A DNA stretch of 64,000 nt, taken from assembly GCA_951406725.2 (NCBI GenBank), contig OX597818.1:123566001-123630000 (forward strand), given 5' to 3'. The notes under the pieces are model-generated. The model did not search any database. It was not told where the DNA came from and was given only the letters and a program-made list of their open reading frames with translations. Both the position numbers and the translations under genes were made by a program. The stretch is from Octopus vulgaris. Taxonomy: Eukaryota. This document shows, in pieces, positions 27,700 to 44,045 of the stretch (position 1 is its first letter; each line of letters starts with the position of its first letter).

Positions 27700-28352
27700 G
27701 ATAAGAAAGTTTGTTTGTGAAAGCACGTGGGTGAATATATAAGAAAATAGTAAAGAGTGAAAAAACGACAGAAGGCTTAAATGTTAAAGAATATATATAT
27801 TTGCGTCAATATGTCTGGAGAATATTGGAAAAATTTTTTCCCTTCTTATAATGACATAATTTTATAATTTTTAAAGAAAGACCGGTTTCGCATTTAGCTC
27901 TTCAAATTTCTTGCGACGTAATGTTTATCTTTAATAGCGTTATCCTTGTTTTTTTGCTACGGAGAGTTCTAAATAAGGGAAGGTAGTGCGTGATTTCTTC
28001 CGGTGTAAGGGAGATAATCGCTTAAAAATTTTTTTTCTTTTTTCTCTTAGTGTGAATTTCTCTGTATTATTATGTTTGGATAGTTGAGTCTGGGTTTGTA
28101 CTTTTCAATGAAGAATGTTTCCTTGTTTAGTCTAATTTGTGTTGATGATCTGAAAGCACATTGGTAAAATGGAAAGATTAAAAATTGTGGTTGTAGTTGC
28201 TTTGCGCATTTCTCAATGTGCTCACTAAAAGGTATCATTCTATATTCTGGGAATGCAATCTGTTGTCGATGCAGTGTGCATCTACGTCTGAGTGATAGTC
28301 CCGTGGACCCCACGTAGTCTTGGTGGCAGCCCGAGCATTTTATGACATAAAT
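27700..28352 (-). mobile_element. Penelope-like element 3' part: GIY-YIG endonuclease + 3' terminal repeat with hammerhead motif
   Basis: IYVIKCSGCHQDYVGST...RRRCTLHRQQI...EHI..C...RLNKETFFIEKYKPRLN is a PLE GIY-YIG domain. Bounded by (TA)n. Confidence 0.88.
27874..27912 (-). ncRNA. Minimal type-I hammerhead ribozyme motif (C3 mutated)
   Basis: aagaaa-t-TTGAAGA-gc taaat gc-GAAAC-CG-GTC-tttctt, about 135 nt downstream of the GIY-YIG stop on the same strand. Confidence 0.65.
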
Positions 28353-28369
28353 TATATATATATATATAT

Positions 28370-29153
28370 GTAAGATATAAATATATGCATATATGCATAT
28401 ATACATACATATATGTACATACCTACATATATATGTATATATACATGCATATATGGGTACAGGACATCAAAAAACGTTGAACACAATGAGAAACGAAAAC
28501 AAAAACATAGAAAACGAACTTTTTTTGAACAACAAAACGACAAACAGAAAAACAAGACATGCAACATAAAGAATATTCCCTTTCATCAGTTGTTCCTGTT
28601 TCATCTACTACGCGTTACGAGAGTAAGGACAATACGCGACTTCGTTGAAACAGTCTTTCCCGCAATGCAAATTAAATAAAATTTGGGAATTTTTGCGGAA
28701 AGTGAAAGTGGTAACAAGAGCAGGACAGTGAAAACAAGACAGTAAGAACAAACGGTGAGGGCTGTTAAGCCCACCATCCGCAAAAAATCCCAAATTTTAT
28801 TCAATTTGCTTTGCGGGAAGGACTGTTTCAACCAAGTCGCGTATTGTCCTTACCCCCGAAACGCGGAGTAGATGAAACACGAAGAACTGATGAAGGGGAA
28901 TATTCTTTATGTTGCATGTCTCGTTTCTCTGTTTCTCGTTATTCGAAAAAAGTTCGTTATTTATGTTTTTGTTTTTGTTTTCGCTTCTCATTGTGTTCGA
29001 CGTTTTTTTTTTTGTTGATGTTCTGTACCCATACATGCATGTATATATACATATAACATATATATGTAGGTATGTACATATATGTATGTATATATGCATA
29101 TATTTATATCTTATTTATATTATTATATGATCGAACGCCACGCATCCTTTTCC

Positions 29154-29158
<5 letters not shown>
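28370..29158. repeat. Large imperfect inverted repeat (~330-bp arms) of a dispersed repeat family
   Basis: 28370-28699 mirrors 28777-~29115. A diverged copy of the family lies at ~425-820 (shared aaattttattcaatttgct.tgcggga and gaacgccacgcatccttttc). Confidence 0.85.
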
Positions 29159-29197
<39 letters not shown>

Positions 29198-29533
29198 TTT
29201 CTACTATAGGCACAAGGCCTGACATTTGGTGAGAGGGGACCATATGATTAGATCGACCCCAGAACGCAACTAGTACTTAATTTATCCACCCCGAAAGGAT
29301 GAAAGGCAAAGTCGACCTCGGTGGAATATATATATATATATATATTAAGTATTACTTAATAAAAGGGTTCAGCAAAGATTTGCTTAACCACACACCGAGG
29401 TTTTGAAATAGCAGCCAAAAATCTTAGCTATTTCTTCTACTTTAAAAAGGGACTCCTAGAGAAACCAAAATACTCGAAGATAATTCACACAAGCAGAGAG
29501 TAAAGCAACGAAAATCAATCAATATCTGGTCAT

Positions 29534-29615
29534 CCATGGACGCGCGTTTCGGAATTAGGTTTTGCATAAAGAATGTAAAATTATACTTTACTAACCATTT
29601 TCTTCATCAGCATGG
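29534..29615 (-). ncRNA. Minimal type-I hammerhead ribozyme motif
   Basis: ccatg-CTGATGA-[partly disrupted helix II]-GAAAC-GCGC-GTC-catgg, with the canonical core and a GUC cleavage triplet. Confidence 0.7.
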
Positions 29616-29832
29616 CATTCCACTATAATTCGAGGGTACTAGAATAGTTGAATATATCTTTCCACCTAACGGTATCAGACAGATCATATTCAGTGTTAGT
29701 ACCGCCGAATTCAAAATATGAATGAGGTCCGCTTAGCTTCCCCCGCCCGTCCGCGTGTGTCTTCAAGTAAACTACTACAGGAAAAATCTGCAGTTTGTTC
29801 TCGGGGAGAGATTAATTAATTTTACCCCTTGT

Positions 29833-31035
<1,203 letters not shown>

Positions 31036-31187
31036 TTAATCGTTATTAATATTTAATACGAAGTAGGTGGCGAGCTGGTTGAATCGCTGGATGTCTTCAA
31101 GTAAACTACTACAGAAAAAATCTGCAGTTTGTTCTCGGGGAGAGATTAATTAATTTTACCCCTTGTTATTATATATATATATATATA

Positions 31188-34641
<3,454 letters not shown>

Positions 34642-34666
34642 GTATGTATATATATATATATGTATG

Positions 34667-34701
<35 letters not shown>

Positions 34702-34801
34702 GTATGTATATATATATATATGTATGTATAGTATATATATGTATATATATATATATATGTATGTATATATATATATATGTATGTATATATATATATATAT
34801 A

Positions 34802-35162
<361 letters not shown>

Positions 35163-35402
35163 ATATATATTATATATATATATATATATGTATATGTATA
35201 TATGTATATATATATGTATATGTATATATATATATATGTATATATATATGTATATATATATATGTATATATATATGTATATATATATATGTATATATATA
35301 TATATGTATATGTATATATATATGTATATATATATATGTATATGTATATATATATGTATATATATATGTATATATATATATGTATATATATATATGTATA
35401 TG

Positions 35403-35436
<34 letters not shown>

Positions 35437-35472
35437 TATGTGTATATATATGTATGTATATATATATGTATG

Positions 35473-35517
<45 letters not shown>

Positions 35518-35568
35518 GTATATGTGTATATATATATGTATATGTGTATATATATATGTATATGTGTG

Positions 35569-35602
<34 letters not shown>

Positions 35603-35648
35603 TATATATGTATATGTACATATATATATATATATTTATATATGTATA

Positions 35649-35688
<40 letters not shown>

Positions 35689-35723
35689 TATATTAATCGT
35701 TATTAATATTTAATACGAAGTAG

Positions 35724-36590
35724 GTGGCGAGCTGGTTGAATCGCTGGAACTTTGGGCAAAACGTTCAACGGCATTTCTTTCGGTGTTCAAATGCTGCCGA
35801 GTTTGAATTTACTTTTCATCTTTCCGGGCTCGATAAAATAAGTACCAGTTGAATGCTGGTGTCAACGGAATCGACTTACCCCATCACCCCAAATTACAGG
35901 CCTTGTGCCAAAATTTCAAATCAATATTTAGTATGGAGAAGACAGCAATCTGGCAGAATCGTTAACACGTCAGACAAAATGCTTAGCGGCTTTTTGTCCG
36001 TGTTCACAATCAGAATCCAAATGCCACCGAGGTCAACTTTGCCTTTCATCCTTTCGGAGTCGATAAAATAAGTACCTATTTCTTTACTACCCACAAGGGG
36101 CTAAACACAGAGAGGACAAACAAGGATAGACAAACGGATTAAGTCGATTATATCGACCCCAGTGAGTAACTGGTACTTATTTAATCGATCCCGAAAGGAT
36201 GAAAGGCAAAGTCGACCTCGGTGGAATTTGAAATCAGAACGTAGCGGCAGGCGAAATACCTATTTCTTTACTACCAACAGGGGGCTAAACACAGAGGGGA
36301 CGAACAAGGGCAGACAAATGGATTAAGTCGATTATATCGACCCCAGTGCGAAACTGGTACTTAATTTATCCACCCCGAAAGGATGAAAGGCAAAAATCGA
36401 CCTTGGCGGAATTTAAACTCAGAAAGTAACGGCAGACGAAATACTGCTACGCATTTCGCCCGGCGTGCTAACGATTCTGCCAGCTCGCCACCTTTCGATG
36501 AAATAAGTACCAGTTGAAAACTGGGGGTGATGTAATCGACTTCACTCCTCTCCTGGTATTGCTAGCCTTGTGCCAAAATTTGAAATCAAT
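35724..36590. mobile_element. Cluster of family C SINEs, including an antisense dimer (36077-36492) nested in a sense copy
   Basis: The host core is interrupted, with TSD TCGAT(A/G)AAATAAGTACC at 36060-36076 and 36495-36511. Confidence 0.82.
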
Positions 36591-36632
36591 AAATAATACG
36601 GAGCTATATTTTGATAATCATCTTCATTTCAG

Positions 36633-36776
36633 GCCTCCCCAATTCTGGATGTAGGAACAGACAGAAGAAAGAAATGTAAAGGAAACGGAAGAATTTCTAT
36701 GGCAACTTCAATTCTGCAAAACTTCTCAAAGGAAATAAAATTTGCATTTTTGAAATTAATCAAATTCCTTATTTAA
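36633..36776 (+). CDS. Candidate terminal exon of the cNMP-binding-like gene (ASPILDVGTDRRKKCKGNGRISMATSILQNFSKEIKFAFLKLIKFLI*)
   Basis: Acceptor tcttcatttcag|G, phase 0 matching the previous donor, 47 codons to TAA. It lies in unique sequence among SINEs. No homology evidence. Confidence 0.4.
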   Translation, partial: ASPILDVGTDRRKKCKGNGRISMATSILQNFSKEIKFAFLKLIKFLI

Positions 36777-37318
36777 ATTTTTTCTACGTTTTCTCTTTAA
36801 ATCGCATATATATAAAAGCATGTTTCATTTATCTGTGAATGAATGTAATATTAGTTGATCAGACACACACACACATACACACACATGTATATAGACACGC
36901 GCAAATACAAAAACATACACATAAGAAGTCCGATTGGCAGAGGCTTTACTGATTCGAATAAATTGCCTTACAGTAATGGTTCCGGCTCGCTACACTGCAA
37001 GTTCAAATCCCACTATCAACTATAGTCGAATCTTCTCTCTTCCGGCATGAATTTCTTTCTTCTGGAAGGAATCTGATATTGTCGGACGTGGAAATGAATG
37101 GGCTGTATCAGATCCCAGAATGCTAAAGATACGCACGTGTCACGTTGGCGCCCCTACAACAATTAGATGGTCCAAGTTATTTTCATATATATTTAATCGA
37201 ATTTTTTTGTTAAAATTTTTCTAAGTGAACTTAATCATTGGTACAGATCGTCTTATAATTACTTGGTAGAACAGAGCTGACATGTTGAGTTATATTGCCA
37301 ATAGCTAAAATTCAACAA

Positions 37319-37535
37319 GGCGGCGTGCTGGCAGAAACGTTAGCACGCCGGGCGAAATGCTTTGCGGTATTTCGTCTGCCGTTACGTCGTTCTGATTTTA
37401 AATTTCGCAGAGGTCGACTTTTCCTTTCGTCCCTTTCAGTGTCGATAAAATAAAGTACCAGTTGGTACAGGGGTTGATGCAATTCACTTACCCTCTCCCC
37501 CGAATTTACTGGCCTTGTGTCAAATTTGAAACCAA
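37319..37535 (+). mobile_element. SINE family C (variant 3' end)
   Basis: Same head and core with a ...GGCCTTGTGTCAAATTTGAAACC end. Confidence 0.8.
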
Positions 37536-38104
37536 TAGTTAAAGTTTAACAACCGGCGAAATAATAACTTCTCATGTCGACTATATGTATTTTTTCTCAA
37601 ATTTCAGTTGACAGAGAATTGTGACAGAAGTGTTTGCGTTTAATTAGGCTAAAGAGCATGCATTTGTAAGGTGTCTCACAGAATCAATTGACTTTCCTGG
37701 TGAATCTAAACAGGATAGTGAACTATCTTAACGGAAGCCAGTCTCCAACATCATATTAATATCAAAACAAATGCAAATAAAAAAAAAAAACGAGAATTTT
37801 GGTTGACATTTTCAAACTAAAATTTTATTCGTTTATAAAGCAATGTTAGGTTTCCTTTCCCTAATAAAATGACATGTCCATTTATAAATCAACGATAGAC
37901 ATTGTATAAACACAAATAGGTAACAGACTAGTTTTCTCTAAAATATGCCAACCTAAGGTAATAAAAATCAATAATTTTAGATTTTATACAGGCATAGTTT
38001 CATTCACCATGAACACGTTTTTACTAGTTCAGTAAACAAATGAGGTGGTATTTTTGGCATAAATCCCAGATACTTTCTTTTTCACGATATTGGCACTACT
38101 AATA

Positions 38105-38440
38105 TTAGTTTCAAGTTTTGGCACAAGGCCAGCAATTTCGGGGGAAAAAGTAGGTCGATTACATCGACTTCAGTATTCAACTGGTACTTATATTATTGGC
38201 CCCAAAAGGATGAAAAGTAAAGCTGACCTCGGCGGAATTTGAACACAGAACAAAGACGGACAAAATGCCACTAAGCATTATTACCTTTTTCTCCCCTAAG
38301 TCGTCAAGCTGGCAGAATTGTTAGTACGCTTAGCGGCATTTTGTCTGTCTGTATGTTCCAAGTTCAAAACTCGCCGAGGTCAACTTTGCCTTACATTTTT
38401 TTCGAGATTGCCGGCCTTGTACCAAAATTTGAAATCAATA
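38105..38440. mobile_element. Head-to-head pair of family C SINEs
   Basis: Minus copy ~38105-38280 and plus copy ~38300-38440. Confidence 0.7.
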
Positions 38441-38698
38441 TTACTTTGGTTTTTGTAGGAGTTTTGCAAGTTTTTCGTGTGTGAAATCGCGTATTAAAGT
38501 AGATTCTGTGTATTGGGAAGAACATTTTGTCAGTGCGTGTGTTTCTCATTGGCAAAATGATCCTGTCAAGATACACCGATATTACTATAATTCAGCAGAT
38601 CAATATTACTAATATTGTTTGATTAATCAGGAAAATAATTAAACAAAATGATATAACAGAAGCTTTAAACAAAAAAGTTAACATTGATTCAGATATGT

Positions 38699-40903
38699 TC
38701 AATTGTTCAGTTCTTTATCATTATTATTGAAACTATCCAAAAATAACATAGCATCATGGATTTCTTGGACAACCTTAATTTGTTTGATCGCCACATTGCA
38801 GTAGTCTGAGTAGGTTTTAGACTGGTCTTGACATTTGTAAGGCGTAAACCAGGTGTCATGAAATGACTGCATCTGCATTTCTTTCGCAGATTGCAAATAA
38901 ATCTCAGCTCTATCCAAATTTCCCATTAAATCTTCAAGGGAATTTTGAAAGTCTTTTATAAACATTTTCTCCGAATGATTTCCTGCAATATTCTGGGAGA
39001 CTGCTTCAGAAGAAGTTCTAAATACTTTACGCAATGACGCTTTCAAATTCGGAAGTAGGTTCTGAAATTTTTTAATAAAATTATTATCAGAAACAGGTGA
39101 TCTTGCGTTTATAGGATTCTTTATTTCGTTACATAGTTTTACATGTGAAGCATTTGAGTCCTGAGTGTTTTGGCTATAGTGACATGACGGTAGTTGACAC
39201 TCAAATATCTGTTTTCTATGCAGCTCTTGCAGTTGCTGCCATAATATTTGGTTTCGAAATTGTATCAAATTATTCTCTCCATTACCGTGACTAAAATTAT
39301 CGGTTTGATTCGCTTGCTTACAAACACATTGGAACGCATTTGGACGACTTACCAAGCACGGAATCTGTTGATCTGCTTTAGCCATAGTTACATAGTTTTG
39401 TACTGGCTTCATTTGTATTTGTCTCGTGTGTTCTTGTATTAACTGAGAATGCATTTCTTTCCAAGGAAAATTTAACCCTTGAGATAAATTATCTGGTTGC
39501 GGCAAAATACAGTTACTCATGACAGCTTTATTCTCTTGGCTTAAAACCCGAGACGTAACCAGGTTTGGTCTTAATGCTAAATTTCCAGAAATACCTGGGT
39601 TTTTGCCAATTTGCGGAGCGGTGAAATTGCCCGATGCCACCGACTGATATCCAACTGTAGTGCATTCCATATACTCTTTGACAACAATAGCTTCTTTATT
39701 AGTTACTGAAACGGCAGCTTTCTTCGTTACTGGTTCGATTGACAAATTAATGTTTGGTAACACACGTTTGAAAGGTGTGCGAGCTGGATAAGGTACACAG
39801 ACACTAAACTGATCTTTAACCATTTGACGTGGTTTTTTATTGATAGGAACTTGCTCTAACTCTTGATCATCTTGCTTTGCAACTAAATCAGGCTGCCAGA
39901 AATTAGACGAACCAGCATTGTCCCCTCTACTATTAGTAGATGAAGAATTCATAAATACGGGAGGCATATTAAAGGACGTCTTATTTCCATATTCAACTTC
40001 GGGTTTTAAATCACCGTTGAATTTTTTCTCATTATCCTCACTTCTTTGAAAATTATTGTTGCTATTGTTATTGTGTTCGATATTTTTTACACATTTTCCG
40101 GATCTAATGAATTGCTCGTTCTGATCTTTTGACACATTATTTAACTTTCCGATCGATTGTGAGTCTGATTTGTGTTCTAACAAATTTGGAACAGCTGTCG
40201 TAAGACTGCTAAAATCTTTCATCTCTCTCTTTTTCTGATACGTGTTAGGATTAGACACATCCAGTAGGACTACATGAAGTGTTTGACTGCTTTCAGGATC
40301 ATCTGACGGGAAAAGTTTCGACTCGGCTAACCCAACATCAGGTAAGGCTGCAGTTTTATTGGCCAAAGTGTTTTGTAATATATTAGGAGCAAAATGCTGA
40401 TTGATTGACTGCATTTCTTCCTTTGTGTTTGCATTTAAGAGAGATATTTCTGTTCGCGAATTATCGATATTCAAACGATCTGGCCGATTTGTTTGCTCTA
40501 CTGAAGGTTCAATCTTATGTTCACAGATACGTTTAGTAGTTATCTCTGATTGTTTTGACTCTATCGCTGTTGGGATCGAAGGATTTTTGTCGACATATGC
40601 TTTCCCATACAATGTTCTCGAGTTTGTTGAAACATAGTTGCTGCTTCTGTCAGTAACCCTGGAATTGTTTAGTGGCTCAGCGATGCTTCCTTGACAATTT
40701 TCCGAAATGGTTTCGTTAATTCGTTCACCAATTGTAGGACTACGAAACCGATCACCAACGGAGCCATCGCTTCCATTATCCTGTTCAAAGCTGTCATTGT
40801 TTCTGTTATTTAATTTAGGAACACAGCCAAGAGTCGATTTACTTAGTTGACAAGATGCGTCCGGGTTTTGCTGTTTATAAACATTCAGTAGCGGCTTCGA
40901 CAT
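38699..40903 (-). CDS. 734-aa uninterrupted ORF: long low-complexity N/S/Q-rich region plus C-terminal Mediator subunit 29 (Intersex)-like domain
   Basis: A 2.2-kb open frame in non-repetitive DNA. C-terminal blocks LLPNLKASL, DFQNSLEDL...LDRAEIYLQSAKE and YSDYCNVAIKQIKVVQEIHDAML parallel, in order and spacing, the Med29 helices as recalled (LIPQLKESL / RFDKCLEEF..CDQLELCL..A.E / YPQYL.VIK.QI..AKDIH.ALL). Minus-strand AATAAA near 37824. Confidence 0.75.
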   Translation of the reverse strand: MSKPLLNVYKQQNPDASCQLSKSTLGCVPKLNNRNNDSFEQDNGSDGSVGDRFRSPTIGERINETISENCQGSIAEPLNNSRVTDRSSNYVSTNSRTLYGKAYVDKNPSIPTAIESKQSEITTKRICEHKIEPSVEQTNRPDRLNIDNSRTEISLLNANTKEEMQSINQHFAPNILQNTLANKTAALPDVGLAESKLFPSDDPESSQTLHVVLLDVSNPNTYQKKREMKDFSSLTTAVPNLLEHKSDSQSIGKLNNVSKDQNEQFIRSGKCVKNIEHNNNSNNNFQRSEDNEKKFNGDLKPEVEYGNKTSFNMPPVFMNSSSTNSRGDNAGSSNFWQPDLVAKQDDQELEQVPINKKPRQMVKDQFSVCVPYPARTPFKRVLPNINLSIEPVTKKAAVSVTNKEAIVVKEYMECTTVGYQSVASGNFTAPQIGKNPGISGNLALRPNLVTSRVLSQENKAVMSNCILPQPDNLSQGLNFPWKEMHSQLIQEHTRQIQMKPVQNYVTMAKADQQIPCLVSRPNAFQCVCKQANQTDNFSHGNGENNLIQFRNQILWQQLQELHRKQIFECQLPSCHYSQNTQDSNASHVKLCNEIKNPINARSPVSDNNFIKKFQNLLPNLKASLRKVFRTSSEAVSQNIAGNHSEKMFIKDFQNSLEDLMGNLDRAEIYLQSAKEMQMQSFHDTWFTPYKCQDQSKTYSDYCNVAIKQIKVVQEIHDAMLFLDSFNNNDKELNN

Positions 40904-42160
40904 TCTCTATCTGTGGGGGTGGGGTATCTGGTTAATTGGTTTGTTTTGCATAAAAGTATTTTCTGAAACAAACACTCGACTTCGACAACAGTATTAACAC
41001 CATCTCCGGAAACCCATCTTTGCAATCTTCTATTTTGTACAACCAAAACAAAACAACTTGGTACTTACTAAATACATTTCCAATACCGAACCAGCTAGCA
41101 GTATTTTTCTTTTCCTCGAATTACCTTTTCATACAAAAGGAGGCTTATTTTTAGCAACAAACAATGTCTGTATCTTTTTTGTTATAATTACATTTAAGGA
41201 ATTGTCAAGCTGCTTCGTTTTTGTATTTCAATATTACATAGGCCATTTTGTAAAATATTACTAAAATACAAAACCAGCAGAAAGATAGCTATATAAGTAG
41301 TGTTACTGGTGGCAATTCCATTATTTTAAGACAGATTAAACCATTTCTAAAATCAGGTAAAAAGGAAATATAAATAATGAGTTACTTATATAAGATGTTT
41401 GCTACAAAAAATATCTAAAGAACATGGTTCGCTTCGTTACTCTGCAGTTATCTACACAAGAAGTATTAGCCGTTCAAGAATTTGGACCTGGAGATCTCCA
41501 TTTCCAGCGACTTCGAGGGCCACCTCCCAGTGGTGTCGGGCGTCAACGAAGAGCCCTCGACTACAACAAGACGACCAAAGTTTTTTTTTCCCAAGGTCTG
41601 GGATCTCCCGCCTCTAAGCCCTAGACCATCACCTAATCACCCTTACCCGTCTTGTTGGCTTAACAACAACAACAATAAGAAGCATTATATAAGGATTCCC
41701 TTTCTTTTTAATTGTGGTAATAACCAATTATTGGAAGGAAGACGAATGTTGTATTGAATAAATTCTACTAATTTTTACTGTTAATATATTAGCCCAGCAT
41801 GGATGAAAATCAAAGTGGTATTAACTAAAATCAGAGATCCGGAACTGGTCATACGTCAAGGTGTCGAAATCTTGTCACCTTGCATGTTTAAGATTTGAGA
41901 TTACAAGACATCATTGGGCCACATTGCAAAAGCAGAAAAGAATTTTGACTGAGTAGAATGAAACAAGATCAAATGAAGTGCACAACGTGTTGTTTGGTTC
42001 TGAAATCGAACGCAATTTTTTTTGTAATCGTTATTCCAACAACCTAACCACTACACCACACGCATCCACACCGAATTAGCAAAATATCTTACTGAGCTAC
42101 CTTTCCACTGCAGCCAAGTAGGAACAAGGTCCTAAAATTATCGAAGAAGAACACCTAGTC

Positions 42161-42236
42161 CAGTGGTTCCCGACAGAGTTTCCAAACCTTTTATTTAAAT
42201 GAGTTCTCCCACGGACCCCTTTTAATATGCCACCCT

Positions 42237-42287
<51 letters not shown>

Positions 42288-42395
42288 ATCACGTGACCGA
42301 CCAGACCATCAGATGTTGTTACACATCGCTGGTCACAATGCGTTCGCATTGTTTTAGCCTTCAAATGACGCCACCCTGCTGGCTAAGCGAGCAGG

Positions 42396-42457
<62 letters not shown>

Positions 42458-42516
42458 TTTGAATTTAGTTCACGGTCCCAGTACTACCTTTGCGGACCCC
42501 AGGTTGGGAACCACTG
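42161..42516. mobile_element. hAT (Charlie-like) MITE
   Basis: TIR CAGTGGTTCCC / GGGAACCACTG and 8-bp TSD ACCTAGTC / ACCTAATC. Confidence 0.82.
42281..42397 (-). mobile_element. ~117-bp RTE-tailed short retroposon (family E) in (TA)n
   Basis: GGCCTGCTCGCTTAGCC...GGTCGGTCACGTGATCACGTGA. Other copies at 19398-19495 (+) and 346-419 (-). Confidence 0.8.
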
Positions 42517-43859
42517 ACCTAATCGGTTACATTGACTTGTGCGCTGAAGTAATGCTTATTTTATCGATCCTAAAAGAATAATAGTTAAAGTCGACTTCGG
42601 AAGAATTTGAACTCGAAACAAACAACGAAAGCAATACCACTAAGCGTTTTGTACGACATGAATAATAATACTTTCAGGTTCTGGCACAAAATTTTATGAG
42701 AATGGGTAAAAGCTGATTACATCATCCTCGGCGCTCAATGGTGCCTATTTTATCAACACATGAAAGGATGATAGGTAAAGTCGACCTCGGAAGAAATGCT
42801 TCTTAGCATTTTTTCCGACACGCTAAAGACTCTGCAAACACGCCGCCCTTATTCACTGTAATTTATCTCAAGGAAAAGTAGATGCACCGTGCAAGACCAT
42901 ACATTGTAGATGAGAGAGGGAATCGATTGCATTGATGATATATTTTATTAATTCGGGACACATTTTATCGGTTCCGGAATTTTATCCTGCTAATTTCGTG
43001 GTCATTGTCTTTCACGCAAAATTTCATAATAATTTCTTAAAAACAGCACGTTATGAGATAGGGAGTTATCAGCCGCGAAGAAATTCAAATAGTTTAGTTA
43101 CTAAACTACATGTAGGGTTCTGCTGCTTCTTCTATAAACTCGTACATCATTAATTAAATTAAATTAAAAACACGTAAATTTCAAACAAATATTGAGACGA
43201 TTGTATAATGTAATGGATATGTCTCAACAACTGCAAGATCTTAAATTTATTCTGGATTAAATGAATTCACCGTAACTTCACTTAAAACACAAAAGCAAAG
43301 TAGAATGGAATTTATATTTTCAATGTTATTCACCCTGCCCACTCCTGACACAGACATACAGATGCCCCAAATTCCCCCCACCCCACCCCCAACAAGTGTT
43401 ACGCGTTAGTGAACAACAATGCAAACAGAAAACTGAAGAACTATTTAAAAAAGATAAAGAGCGTAACTGTGTCGGTGGTCGTGAAAGGAGAAGAGAGTTT
43501 GCCCAAAAACTCCAAATGCGTCGTGGTGAACGAAGAGAGGATCAGGCTAATTAGAAGGACTGGGACAGAAATTGTTGACAAACTTTGTAATGGACTCGAG
43601 TAAGTTGCCACCTACGGTGAACTGTAATGACCTTTATTTTAAGTATGTTTAAAAAGTGTAAATGAAGTGGCTCTGATTGAGGGTTCAGTGGCTTCGTTCC
43701 ATTTCATTATTCACTTTTCATCTTTCCCATTCGTTTTTCTTCTTTTGTCCCCACTTATACGTTTGTCTGCACTTGTATCATTCCTCTATGTTTAGCCTCT
43801 TCTGGGCAATAAAGAAATCTATATTTTCAATTTTATTATTGTTAATTATTATTTGGTTT

Positions 43860-44045
43860 GATTGAGGTTCGTTCTTATTCGTGATTGGATTTATGTGGGT
43901 AGCGGGTACCTGTAACCTTAGGTATCCACAAATTTTCAGTAGTCTTTCAAGTACTTAGAACCTTCCTGATAAGCCTTGCTGTTCCTAAGAGGCAAACTTT
44001 CTGTGGAGCAACGTAAAGGGATGGCACTGTTGCGCGCTGTGTTCG
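43860..44045 (-). mobile_element. Short Dong/R4-like 3' remnant
   Basis: QKVCLLGTARLIRKVLST* matches the C-terminus of the 58-kb Dong fragment. Confidence 0.6.
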
